NCBI GenBank assembly: GCA_963702095.1
Contig: OY969706.1
Span: 480,001 to 544,000, forward strand
DNA length: 64,000 nucleotides
Reading direction: 5' to 3'
From: Candidatus Bathyarchaeota archaeon
Lineage (GTDB): Archaea; Thermoproteota; Bathyarchaeia; Bathyarchaeales; Bathycorpusculaceae
Shown piece after piece: positions 40,287-50,623 of the stretch (position 1 is the first letter of the stretch; each line of letters begins with the position of its first letter). The translations under genes were made by a program, and so were the position numbers. Below the pieces are notes generated by a model. That model was not told where the DNA came from. It saw only the letters and a program-made list of their open reading frames with translations, and made no database searches.

Positions 40287-40395
40287 AACAGTTTCACCAC
40301 CAAATTTGCTTTGCCAAGAAAGATAAGTCTAGGTGACTGCACATCCTCAGTCACAACTCCCATTTAACGAGGAGCTAATCAGTTTAAAAAAGCGT

Positions 40396-40611
40396 TTACT
40401 TTTGAGGCTGCTTCTTCCATTTAGAGGGGTCACGCAGGTTCTGGACTGGCGAGTCTTCGGTGGCACCCTGTGCTGCCTGAGTTTTCTGTTTATAGTTTTG
40501 CTCGGCGAGTTTGGCTTTTCCCTCTTTGCTGCTGAGTTCCACGCTGTTGCCCAGTTTATAGATGGTTCTGCCGATGCGGCGTTCGCCAACTGTCCTTGTA
40601 CATCTTCCCAT
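40396..40611 (-). CDS. Small basic hypothetical protein
   Basis: 71 aa from ATG 40611 (MGRCTRTVGERRIG…); divergent from the SRPBCC gene. Confidence 0.45.
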   Translation of the reverse strand: MGRCTRTVGERRIGRTIYKLGNSVELSSKEGKAKLAEQNYKQKTQAAQGATEDSPVQNLRDPSKWKKQPQK

Positions 40612-40675
40612 AAACAGGGATTCTACATCAAAGGTTAAAAACCCTTCCCGTCTAACACTACAAGAGAGTGGTAGT

Positions 40676-41086
40676 GTGAAGCAAGAAGTCAAAACCATAA
40701 AACAAACAGTAATTATACCCAAAGCTTCTCCTCAGCAAGTTTACGAAGCCTACACTGACCCCGAAAAACACTCTGAATTCACCGGCAGCGGAGCCACAGG
40801 CAAACCAGTCGTAGGCGGCGAATTCACAGCTTGGGATGGATACACTTTTGGGAAATACCTTGAGCTTGAAGAGGGCAAGCGGGTGGTGCAGGAGTGGACG
40901 ACAACCGATTGGGTTGAGGGGTATGGTCCTTCACGGTTCGAGTTGACTTTTAAGGCTGTGCCGAAGGGAACAGAGATCAGTATGGTACATTCGAACGTGC
41001 CTAAAGAGAAAGCCGACGAGATCGCTGAGGGCTGGGAAGACTTCTATTGGGCTCCACTAAAAGACTACTTTAGCGGGCAGCGTTGA
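40676..41086 (+). CDS. SRPBCC/AHSA1-like protein
   Basis: ASPQQVYEAYTD, GGEFTAWDG, GWEDFYW. Confidence 0.88.
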   Translation: MKQEVKTIKQTVIIPKASPQQVYEAYTDPEKHSEFTGSGATGKPVVGGEFTAWDGYTFGKYLELEEGKRVVQEWTTTDWVEGYGPSRFELTFKAVPKGTEISMVHSNVPKEKADEIAEGWEDFYWAPLKDYFSGQR

Positions 41087-41840
41087 TGGCTTAGCAGCCT
41101 TTTTTGCGTTGTTCCATAGGTTGTCAAAGTAGACTTTTGCTAATTCGATGACATGGGGACTGTTTGTCCATAAACTCGGCAGTGGCTTATCTTTTAACAC
41201 AGCTATTGTAAGTTGGTGAGCATCGAAAACATGCATTCCCAATGTTACGACTGACTCTGGCATGTACCTGAGTTCAAAATTTCTGTCTCGCATTTTTAGA
41301 GTACTATTTTCTCTTTCTCCGCTTCGTGTACGATAGCTCTAACTTTTATGCCTCTGCTGCTTGCTCTTGGAACGTAATCGAATTTTTTAAGAAACTGGTG
41401 ATAATTGAGTTTTAGCGGAATTACCATTTCTAAGGTGTCCTTTGTTGAGTCGGCGAATTTTTCATGATTTTTTAGTAAATGCAGTTTTTCGGTTGTAAGC
41501 GAAAATTGAATGTTTTCTTCTGAACCAATGGTTCGGCAAGTTCCCTCGTAGAAATTCTTAAAAAAAAGATTTAACCTCGCTTTGAGTTTCGGCATTCTCC
41601 CTTTTTTGTTTATCCAGCAAAAGCTCAAGTCCATCTTTAATCGGCGTGGCTTTGTAGGTTGCTTTTTTTGCTATGATTTTTTCTGCAAGACCTATCTTTT
41701 GCAGCTGAATCATTATTCGATAGATATCCTGTCTAGCTACAATTGAAGCCGTTGCTATACTTTTTACGTCTGCCTCTCCCAATTTCGCGAGGGTAAGGTA
41801 AGTTTCGCCTGCATGGCGCTTAATCCGAGCTTAAACAAAC
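41057..41840 (-). pseudogene. TrmB-family regulator, fragmented
   Basis: KLGLSAMQAK…VARQDIYRI HTH and sensor domain spread over several frames; N-terminus truncated. Confidence 0.75.
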
Positions 41841-41883
41841 TTTAAATTATATTTCAAGCTTGCTCCTCAACAGGTAAACCCCC

Positions 41884-43104
41884 TTGAGCAGCATCCGCCA
41901 AACACTATCCGCTGCAACCCACAAAATTGCTTCTCTCCGCCTACGCTACAAGCTACTGCTCATAGCCCTCGTCGCATTCAGCATCTATTTCCTCTCTAAA
42001 GGTCCTCCGCCGGGTCAGAACCACTTTGTCTACTTAGCCGACGCGTTTCTCCATGGCAGACTCGGCGTTACAGGCGGCGGAACCAGCTTAGCAGAGATTG
42101 TTCCCTTCAACGGCAACTACTACGTCGTTTACCCGCCGATGCCCGCCATTTTGCTTATGCCCCTAGTCGCATTATTCGGCACAACCGTCGATCAAGCCCT
42201 ATTTTCGGTTGTCATAGCCAGCCTCTGCGTGTCGGCAACATGGCTTATGCTCAAAAAAACAGGTGCCAACAGCAACAAGGCGCTGTGGTTGACGGCGCTG
42301 TTTGGCTTCGGCACCTGCTTCTGGTTCATCGCCGCCGTAGGCTCCGCATGGTACATTGAGCATGTGGTTGCAGTTTTGTTCCTTACTTCCGCGATTGTTC
42401 TGTCACTGTTTAAGAAGAACAATTTCGCAGTTGGGCTGCTGCTTGGTTGCGCTGCACTTGCACGGTTACCGGTAGTTTTGGCTTTTCCATTCTTTTTATT
42501 GATGATTTACGACCAACAGGATGCTTGGAAACCCCGCTTCAGGCAGGCGCTGCTTTTCTTTGCTGGACTCGCCATCCCTGTCGGCTTAAACGCCCTCTAC
42601 GACTATGTACGCTACCACGTCTTCACCAACATAGGCTACTACCTGATTCCAGGCATCCAAACCGACCCCTACTTCCAACAGGGCATCTTCAACATAAGCT
42701 ACATTCCACGCCACATCTACGCCATATTCTTCCAAGGACCCATCCAACTCCCCAATTTTCCATGGTTTGAGCCGTCATGGATGGGGCTCGCTTTGCTCTT
42801 CACCACACCCGCTTTCCTCTACATTTTCATAGGCCCCTTCAAGGGCGGCTGGCACAGTTTAAGCAAAAAAGCTGCCCTGGCAGTCTTATGCATCTTGCCC
42901 CCAATCATCACTCATGGCACTGTGGGCTTCACCCAGTTCGGTTACCGCTTCAGCCTCGACTTTACGCCGTTTTTGATGTTGCTTGTGGCGGCGGGGATGC
43001 GGGAGAATTTGGGGTGGACAGAGAAGGCGCTGATTGTTCTTAGTGTGTTGGTTAACTTGTGGGGTGTAGTTTCGATTATTGGGTTTAACTTTGTCAGTTT
43101 TTAA
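41884..43104 (+). CDS. Multi-pass membrane protein, GT-C (polyprenyl-sugar) glycosyltransferase-like
   Basis: YPPMPAILL, GYRFSLDFTP; ~10 TM. Confidence 0.6.
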   Translation: MSSIRQTLSAATHKIASLRLRYKLLLIALVAFSIYFLSKGPPPGQNHFVYLADAFLHGRLGVTGGGTSLAEIVPFNGNYYVVYPPMPAILLMPLVALFGTTVDQALFSVVIASLCVSATWLMLKKTGANSNKALWLTALFGFGTCFWFIAAVGSAWYIEHVVAVLFLTSAIVLSLFKKNNFAVGLLLGCAALARLPVVLAFPFFLLMIYDQQDAWKPRFRQALLFFAGLAIPVGLNALYDYVRYHVFTNIGYYLIPGIQTDPYFQQGIFNISYIPRHIYAIFFQGPIQLPNFPWFEPSWMGLALLFTTPAFLYIFIGPFKGGWHSLSKKAALAVLCILPPIITHGTVGFTQFGYRFSLDFTPFLMLLVAAGMRENLGWTEKALIVLSVLVNLWGVVSIIGFNFVSF

Positions 43105-43253
43105 CTAAACACTAAGTCGCTTGGCTCGGCTATTAATCGACGAATGATTAATTAGGGGTTAATTTGGGTAGAAATCTGTGCATTTATGGGCTGAATTTTG
43201 AAAAATTGTTTAATAAACGATTGACCACCTGACATTTGATAAGGAGGTGTAAC

Positions 43254-43799
43254 ATGAACCGAAAAACAATCGCAGTAAGCCTCATGGCGCTGACAACTCT
43301 GGCAGCAATCATGGGCGCATTCGCAATGACCTCAACATTTGCAGCAGCAAACACAACCACCGACACAACCAGTACACCAGCAGCGTCAGTGACGACACAG
43401 GATTCAAGCGGCAATCAAGCGATGTTCAGCGGAAACATGATGATGGACAACCAAGGATTCGGCAGTATGCAAGGCGGACGCGGACACGGATGCATGAACG
43501 GCATGGGCGCAATGAGCAACCTTGAAGTCAGCTCAGAATACAACGCAACAGTCAACAGTATACTCACCAGCGATACAGACGTACAGACCCTGCTCAACCA
43601 AGGCTACAGTGTAACAGCAATTCAACCCATAGTTCACAACATCGTCGAAGGAGACGGAACCATCGCAACCAAAGCAACCACCGCAACAGTGCTACTCGAG
43701 AACGGAACCTCAGGCTACTCAATCGTTAACGTCGACATCGCCAACGCAAAAGTCACACAGATAACTACCACAACCGTAATCGACAAAAGCAGCAGCTAA
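43254..43799 (+). CDS. Secreted hypothetical protein
   Basis: Signal peptide, Gly/Met-rich linker, Thr-rich small beta domain. Confidence 0.7.
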   Translation: MNRKTIAVSLMALTTLAAIMGAFAMTSTFAAANTTTDTTSTPAASVTTQDSSGNQAMFSGNMMMDNQGFGSMQGGRGHGCMNGMGAMSNLEVSSEYNATVNSILTSDTDVQTLLNQGYSVTAIQPIVHNIVEGDGTIATKATTATVLLENGTSGYSIVNVDIANAKVTQITTTTVIDKSSS

Positions 43800-44040
43800 A
43801 CCACTATGCAATCCAACACAGCAGACACAAAGAAACCGCATCCATATTCCACCTTTCTATATCCCATTGAAGCAGCGCTGAAAGGGCACTGGAGAAAAAA
43901 CTTGTTTTCTGCCTCTTAACCTTCTCCTTTCTCTTATTGCGTTTCCAGCGTCCCAGCAATCTCGCTTTATAGATGAAATGTTTTTTGGTTTTTTTAGTTT
44001 AAGATGAGGGTAGAGTCGTCTTTGCTCATCTTCTTCCTGT

Positions 44041-44100
44041 GGGTTTTGCTGGCGGTTGCTTTTTGGGTTCTACAGTGGGTATGGGGTGCTGGCTGGTTGT
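44041..44100 (+). repeat. Partial copy of repeat family A
   Basis: GCTGGCGGTTGCTTTTTG (44048-44065) is identical to 33972-33989. Confidence 0.55.
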
Positions 44101-44174
44101 GGACAAATCCTCAAGCAGACCGACCCTTTTAATCTATTTAAAAGCAAAAGTCAAAACAAAATTTTGATCTGCTC

Positions 44175-44831
44175 TTAACTGGGAGCGTAATTTGAAGTTA
44201 CATCAACAGCCGAACCGTCTTCAAAAGCGTAGACCCTAACTGTTGAGCCTAAGCCGCTGCCCCAACCCCAGTTCGAGTTCTGATACCGCGACGGATCATC
44301 CCACACTTTGTCCGAGGGGTCCACGTGTACCCATTTGCCGTTGTAGTAGTCTTCCGCCCAAACATGGATGTAGTTCCAAGTCGACTGTGTGGTGTCCACT
44401 GCGGCGACCAGTCGGCTCTGGTAACCCAATGAGAGGCAAGCAGAAACATACACGATGCTCCACTGTACACAGATGCCTTGTTTGCTGTTTAGGATTTGGC
44501 TGGGAGTCTCATACCATGTGGTGTCCTGTTTGAAGGTTAATTGGCTTGATTCCCACGTGAAAAGGTCGGTTTGATTGTAGTTGGGGTTTAGCAGCGCAGC
44601 CATCTGTGACTTGGTTTCGGTAGAGTTCAAGTTGTGCATGATGTCCATGTAGTGGACAGCTAAGTCTTTGAGCCCCGAGGGCACATTATCGGGTACAATG
44701 TTAACTTGACCTTTAGGAACCGCCAAGTATGCAACCGATGAAACCACAACAACAAGCAACACCGCCATCACAGGCATCAACCATCGGCGACGCTGCTTCT
44801 TTTTTGCAGGCGCTTTTCTCTTTGAACCCAT
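44175..44831 (-). CDS. Membrane-anchored transglutaminase-like protein
   Basis: N-terminal TM; GICVQWS…HVWAE…VDP Cys-His-Asp triad. Confidence 0.85.
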   Translation of the reverse strand: MGSKRKAPAKKKQRRRWLMPVMAVLLVVVVSSVAYLAVPKGQVNIVPDNVPSGLKDLAVHYMDIMHNLNSTETKSQMAALLNPNYNQTDLFTWESSQLTFKQDTTWYETPSQILNSKQGICVQWSIVYVSACLSLGYQSRLVAAVDTTQSTWNYIHVWAEDYYNGKWVHVDPSDKVWDDPSRYQNSNWGWGSGLGSTVRVYAFEDGSAVDVTSNYAPS

Positions 44832-44940
44832 AGGGATTAAATTGCCCGCCTCAACATAAAAGCCTACGCGTTTGTAGCAGTTCTTAACCGACAACATACT
44901 TTTATCTCCATGTCCGCGCATAGCCCATAGGTGATTTTTA

Positions 44941-47331
44941 ACGTCAGCCAAAAACCCGACGAAAAAACCTAATCATAATAATCAAGTCCCAGACATACAA
45001 CGCTCCGTTCTGCCAATACCTGATCAACCCTACAAAGGACTCATCGTCTACGACGCAAAAGATCCTGACGCCAAATTCGCGCCAATCCAACCGATCCACC
45101 CGCCAAAAAACGCTCCAAACATTCTCCTTGTTCTCCTCGACGACGTAGGCTTCGGCGCTTCCAGCGCTTTTGGCGGCCCAATCCATACCCCCGTAGCTGA
45201 AGCCCTAGCCACTGACGGATTACGCTACACCCGCTTCCACACCACCGCATTATGCTCCCCCACCCGCGCCGCTTTGCTCACAGGCAGAAACCACCACACC
45301 GTGGGCATGGGTGGAATAACAGAAATCGCCACTTCAGCCCCAGGCAACACTTCGATGCGCCCCAACTATTGTGCGCCATTGGCAAAAGTTCTAAAATACA
45401 ACGGCTACTCCACCGCGCACTTCGGCAAATGCCACGAAGTCCCCGTCTGGGAAACGGGACCCGTGGGACCGTTTGAGCATTGGCCCACCTTTTCAGGCTT
45501 CGAAAAATTCTACGGTTTCGTCGCCGGCGAAACAAACCAGTGGTACCCCGAAGTCTACGATGGCAGAGCCCGAGTGGCCATACCAAACGACCCCAACTAC
45601 CATTTCCTCGTAGACATGACTGACCAAGCTATCAACTGGATTCGCACACAGAAAGCCATAGCGCCCGAGAAACCATTCTTCGCCTACTTTGCCCCCGGAG
45701 CAACCCATGCTCCCCATCATGTGCCTAAAGAGTGGGCGGACAAGTACAAGGGCAAATTCGACGACGGCTGGGATAAACTGCGGGAACGCACCTTCGAGCG
45801 GCAGAAGCAAATAGGCGTCGTATCTAAAGATGCAAAATTAACCAAGCGGCATAAGGAAATTCCCAGTTGGGATGAAATGCCTGAAGCTCTCAAGCCGGTG
45901 TTGAGGAGGGAAATGGAGGTTTACGCTGGTTTTCTGGAGTTCACCGATTACCATGTTGGGCGACTTCTTGACTCTCTAAAGGACCTCGGAATTTTAGATG
46001 ACACATTGGTGTTCTACATTATCGGCGACAACGGCGCATCCGCAGAAGGCACCCTCAACGGCACCTTCAACGAAATGACCAACTTCAACGGCGCCGCCGC
46101 CTTGGAGACCCCCCAGTATTTGATGGCGCATCTCGACGAGTTCGGCGGACGCAACTCCTACAACCACTATGCTGTGGGCTGGGCACATGCCATGTGCTGC
46201 CCCTACCAATGGACTAAGCAAGTGGCTTCGCATTTCGGCGGCACAAGAAACGGCATGATAATTCATTGGCCCCAAGGAATACGCGCCAAAGGTGAACTCC
46301 GCAATCAATTCCACCATGTAATCGACATCGCCCCAACCATACTGGAAATCGCAGGGGTACCCGAACCACTGTTTGTGGAAGGCGTGCAGCAACGGCCGAT
46401 GGAGGGCATAAGCATGGCCTATGACTTCGACGACCCCGCAGCCCCTGATCTGCATGACGTACAGTACTTTGAGATGTTTGGCAACCGCGGTATCTACTAC
46501 AAAGGCTGGACAGCAGTCACCAAACACCGCACACCTTGGCTGCTGGTTGGGCAAAAAACCGTTGCCTTCGACGATGACAACTGGGAACTCTATGACACCA
46601 CCAAAGACTGGACCCAAGCCGACGACCTCTCCAAAAAATACCCTGAGAAGCTTCATGTTCTGCAGCGGCAATGGCTCATCGAAGCGACACGTTACAATGT
46701 GCTGCCGATGGATGACCGAGCCATAGAACGGTTTAACGCAGAAACGGCGGGGCGACCAAGAATAGTTCAGGGGAACACGCAGTTTCTGTATCCGGGAATG
46801 GTGTTGACTGAAGCCTCTGTTTTGAGCATCAAAAACAAGTCCCATTCAATCACTGCTGAAATCGAGGTGCCCTCTGCAGGCGCTGAAGGCGTCATAGTAG
46901 GACAGGGAGCAAACTTTGGCGGTTGGGCATTGTACATGCATGGCGGACGACTCAAATACATCTACAATTTCCTTGGACTCTCCATCTACACGGTTGAAGC
47001 TCCAAGCGTGCTATCAGGCGGCAAACACGAGGTAAGTATGGAGTTCAAGTATGACGGCGGCGGACTTGGCAAAGGCGGCGCGGTTACACTGTTGATTGAT
47101 GGCGTAAAGGTTGCAGAGGGACATGTGGAGCATACGGTGCCCGTGATTTTCTCGGCTGATTCAACCTGTATGGTCGGCGACAAAATCGGTGCACCCCTCT
47201 CCAGCGACTTCGAGGAATCTGGCAACAAGTTTAACGGAAAAATCAGTTGGGTACGCTTGGAAACAGGCGCAGAGCAAGCTGAGAAGATTAAACCTGAAGA
47301 ATGGGTCAGAGTCCACATGTCAATCCAGTGA
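44941..47331 (+). CDS. Arylsulfatase (formylglycine-dependent)
   Basis: Frame is open from 44935; PNILLVLLDDVG and LCSPTRAALLTGRN (CxPxR) lie upstream of the track start 45274; GKCH, HAPH, DNG. Confidence 0.9.
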   Translation, partial: TSAKNPTKKPNHNNQVPDIQRSVLPIPDQPYKGLIVYDAKDPDAKFAPIQPIHPPKNAPNILLVLLDDVGFGASSAFGGPIHTPVAEALATDGLRYTRFHTTALCSPTRAALLTGRNHHTVGMGGITEIATSAPGNTSMRPNYCAPLAKVLKYNGYSTAHFGKCHEVPVWETGPVGPFEHWPTFSGFEKFYGFVAGETNQWYPEVYDGRARVAIPNDPNYHFLVDMTDQAINWIRTQKAIAPEKPFFAYFAPGATHAPHHVPKEWADKYKGKFDDGWDKLRERTFERQKQIGVVSKDAKLTKRHKEIPSWDEMPEALKPVLRREMEVYAGFLEFTDYHVGRLLDSLKDLGILDDTLVFYIIGDNGASAEGTLNGTFNEMTNFNGAAALETPQYLMAHLDEFGGRNSYNHYAVGWAHAMCCPYQWTKQVASHFGGTRNGMIIHWPQGIRAKGELRNQFHHVIDIAPTILEIAGVPEPLFVEGVQQRPMEGISMAYDFDDPAAPDLHDVQYFEMFGNRGIYYKGWTAVTKHRTPWLLVGQKTVAFDDDNWELYDTTKDWTQADDLSKKYPEKLHVLQRQWLIEATRYNVLPMDDRAIERFNAETAGRPRIVQGNTQFLYPGMVLTEASVLSIKNKSHSITAEIEVPSAGAEGVIVGQGANFGGWALYMHGGRLKYIYNFLGLSIYTVEAPSVLSGGKHEVSMEFKYDGGGLGKGGAVTLLIDGVKVAEGHVEHTVPVIFSADSTCMVGDKIGAPLSSDFEESGNKFNGKISWVRLETGAEQAEKIKPEEWVRVHMSIQ

Positions 47332-47514
47332 TTTCTGCCATACCCCTTTTTTATTTTTTAATGCCTCTTTTGGCGTTGAGCAATTGCCGGTCAAGGCATT
47401 TAAAACAAGTTTTCGGTCTAACGACCTAGGGTTTAATACTGATTTCAAAAACCCTTCGATGATAACCATACAAATGAAAAAAGGTTGAAAATGGGAAATT
47501 ATTACTATCACAAT

Positions 47515-47763
47515 CTACATTCCCAGAAGCTTCTTTTTAGATTCAGCGAATTCTTGATCTGTAAGTGCGCCTGAAGCATGAAGATCAGCCAGTTTCTTTA
47601 ACTCACCGGAGACATCGTTGGTTGGCGCTGCTGCCGCTGGTGGAGCCTGCTGTGCTTGTTGCGCTTGTGCTGCTTGCTGTTGTTGTGCCTGTTCTTTCTG
47701 CGCTGCTTTCTTTTGCCCCATCTTTGCTCCTGCTGCCAGTGCTACTATTCTTCCTCTTGCCGT
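47515..47763 (-). CDS. SHOCT-domain small protein
   Basis: ELKKLADLHASGALTDQEFAESKKKLL; frame extends upstream to ACG 47763. Confidence 0.8.
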   Translation of the reverse strand, partial: TARGRIVALAAGAKMGQKKAAQKEQAQQQQAAQAQQAQQAPPAAAAPTNDVSGELKKLADLHASGALTDQEFAESKKKLLGM

Positions 47764-48309
47764 TTAGATCCCCCCTTTTGTGGTTGATAGCGATCGTTTC
47801 CAGAACCCCTTGAAATAATCCATTGCACCAAGGGTCCCGAATTTTTAGAGTTCAAAACAAATTTCAAAACATCGCCATAAACTATGCTAAAAACAAGTTA
47901 ATACCTCTATGTGGATGCTTCACTACACCTTCAAAGAGTTACTAATGGCATTTTTTTCAAAAGACAAATAATGCATGCTTGGGCTCCTTAGAGTAACCAG
48001 TATTAGCCGCCGAGGAAATAAGTCAAGATTGCAATGGCTAAACCCAAAACAGCATATAACACTCTTTCCCTAACCTTAAACTTCAGGCTTCTACGGTTTC
48101 CGACCAGACTCCAATGATAAACATCAGAATAAGCGCTATAATAACCGCCAAATTCACTAACAGAGAACGTCAAAACATTCCTTAGAAAATGCGAGCGGAA
48201 GAAGAATATGCTTTGTTTTGGTCTTCGCCCTTTGATCTTTCAGGAATTAGGAACGCTACATACAATCTGACCTCACGCTACACTTAAATCGTTGCTTAAA
48301 CTAGGGTTA

Positions 48310-48609
48310 ATGGGTGATTTTGTGCCAATCTACATTCTTGTATCCACCTTGACTTCTGAAGGCAGAAAAACCATCAAAGAAAGGCCTGAAAGAATTAAAG
48401 AGGTCAACAGGGAAATCGAGGCTTTCGGCGCTAAAGTTCTTGAGCAATTTGCTGTTTTGGGGCGATACGACTTTGTCAGTATCGTAGAAGCACCCAGCAA
48501 TGATGCAATCACGCGTGTCTCCATTGAACTTGGTTCTCGCGGAACTGTACACATAATGAGCATGCCCGCACAGCCCATCGACGATTTTTTGGCGATACTA
48601 AAGAAATAA
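48310..48609 (+). CDS. GYD domain protein
   Basis: LTSEGRKTIK.RP, LGRYDFV.IVEAP. Confidence 0.85.
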   Translation: MGDFVPIYILVSTLTSEGRKTIKERPERIKEVNREIEAFGAKVLEQFAVLGRYDFVSIVEAPSNDAITRVSIELGSRGTVHIMSMPAQPIDDFLAILKK

Positions 48610-48842
48610 CCGAAGAACACATTGAGCTCTCCTTTTCTTTTTTCTATTGTAAACTCTAAAAATGGCTTAAGACCAATCATGCGAGTTCAAGACAATCGGC
48701 TCACCCGTGCATGGCTTCTTTGGTTTAGAAAGAAGAAAAAATTGGTAATTTACATCTTGGAAGTACTTGGGGATAGTTTTATCTGAATAATCTTGCTTTT
48801 GATAATTGTATTCGAATGTAATTTTTGTGATTTGGTTAACCT

Positions 48843-49565
48843 ATGAGTTTTCTATTTGTTGAGACTGTTTTATCCGGCGTATTTGTTGCCTCCGCCTTCC
48901 TCATCGGCGCATGGATAGCAGTTTCAGTTGATTACTCCACACGGGAAAAAGCTCTTTTCGCAGCCTTCGGCGCGGGCATATTTCTTGCCGCAACTATGCT
49001 TCTAATTCAAGAAACCCTCAAATTAGGCAATTTCTTGGATTTGCTTTTAGGGTTCATTTTAGGAGCATTAACCTTTGGCATCGCTCAACACTATTTCAAA
49101 CATGACGAGAACGTAAGTTCGAAACAGCCCAAAGGCAGACTCTCGATTGTAGGAACCATTTTAGACAGTGTCCCTGAAACGATATTCATCGGCGTTATAA
49201 TTGCGCTTCAGGAACCAGGATTATTCGCTGTTGAAGCTGTGCTTTTTATGGGTAACTTGGCAACCACTTTGGAGGGGGCAAAAATAATGCAGAAACAAGG
49301 CTTAAAAAAGAGAATTATTATGAGAGATTGGCTGGTTGACTTTGTCATCGTGGCGGTTGCAGCGCCGATTGGTTATTACCTCGCAAAAAATGTTATCCAA
49401 GAGTTTATAGCGGTGGTTTTGGGGTTTGCAGCTGGAACATTGATTGTTTTTGTTGCGGGGGAACTTATAGCCAGAGCCTACCGTGAATCCACAGGTCACG
49501 CTGAGGACTTTGCCATATCTGTGGGTTTCCTTGTGGGTATTCTGTTACTTTTTGTCCTTGCATAA
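48843..49565 (+). CDS. ZIP-family metal transporter-like protein
   Basis: AFGAGIFL, LDSVPE, GFAAG; ~8 TM. Confidence 0.75.
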   Translation: MSFLFVETVLSGVFVASAFLIGAWIAVSVDYSTREKALFAAFGAGIFLAATMLLIQETLKLGNFLDLLLGFILGALTFGIAQHYFKHDENVSSKQPKGRLSIVGTILDSVPETIFIGVIIALQEPGLFAVEAVLFMGNLATTLEGAKIMQKQGLKKRIIMRDWLVDFVIVAVAAPIGYYLAKNVIQEFIAVVLGFAAGTLIVFVAGELIARAYRESTGHAEDFAISVGFLVGILLLFVLA

Positions 49566-49644
49566 AAGCCAATTTTTCCTTGTAATCCTGTATTTGCAGG
49601 TCTAAAAGCTGAGGATTCGAAATGGAGCGGAAATGGGAATGGAG

Positions 49645-50242
49645 TTACCGTTCCCAGACGCTACTTAAAACAGAAATTCTCCTTTTTAAAATGCGGATTG
49701 GGTTAATTTTGAACCCCAGACCCCTTAACGCACGTGCCCCAGCTACTGCAAACACAACAACAAACATTAGAACCAAAAAATTAAAACTGAAGACAAAAAA
49801 AATCAACCCTCCAAAAATTGGAATTAAATATATTGGGAAGATTGCCGGCATACTCCTGTTGATTTTCTTTGGAAAGGTTCTCATCATTCTTTTTCTTGAA
49901 CCTTGCAGAGATTTGACCATGTCCACTGGGACAGGTGCCGCCAAAATTCTGGCAATATGGACAAACAAACGTAGCCATCCAAAATACGACTACGATTCCA
50001 TATATGATGTAGGCTGCTGTAGAGAGCCAAGCGGTAAATGAAAAATTAAGCGTAACTAAAAAGATGGATGCTCCTAGTAGTATCATTATTGCATAGGGCA
50101 GATTTTCAACAAACATGGCGGAACGGCGAGTTTCCCTTTTGTGGCCGTCTATGCTGGCTTTGCTCTCTATTCTTGCGTCTGAGGTGGCAATTTTAACCAA
50201 TGAAAAGTTATCTATTTCTGGAAAATCAGTTTCAAGACTCAT
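49645..50242 (-). CDS. Cys-containing membrane protein (frameshift near 49880)
   Basis: Two TMs + CPYC…CPSG in one frame continue into FPKK…IYLIPIFGG TMs in another. Confidence 0.55.
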
Positions 50243-50623
50243 TAACTCAAGCCACCCATCCTTTTTTCAACCTTTTTAGCTTGCACGCTTTATTAAACAT
50301 TCTAGCACGCGTTTGCATTCTTAAAGCCATACTGCAAAACCTGGTTGATTCATTGCTGAGGTTCGGAAAATGGAGTTGAGGATGAGAATTGAACCATATA
50401 GAGCACAACTCTGCAGGCTGTCTATGATACATAAGAGCCTTGCTTGGCAAGGTTTTTACTATCAATTTTTCTGCTGCTTTTGAAAGCTTATTGTCGTCAG
50501 TTACCGGTATTTTCCCTTTTTCAGATGCGCTTACCGTTGAGTCGTTATTGTCAAAGACAATATAAATCTATAGTGATAAATGTCACAAGTTAAAGATAAG
50601 CAATAACTCAAGCGAGTGGGATA

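Noticed and set aside
45994-46845. 283-aa antisense ORF
   Set aside because: Shadow of the sulfatase on the opposite strand, with no motifs
47830-48290. Possible gene remnant in an AT-rich spacer
   Set aside because: No sustained ORF or recognisable motif
50247-50465. 72-aa ORF
   Set aside because: No motif, no clear start signals and atypical composition
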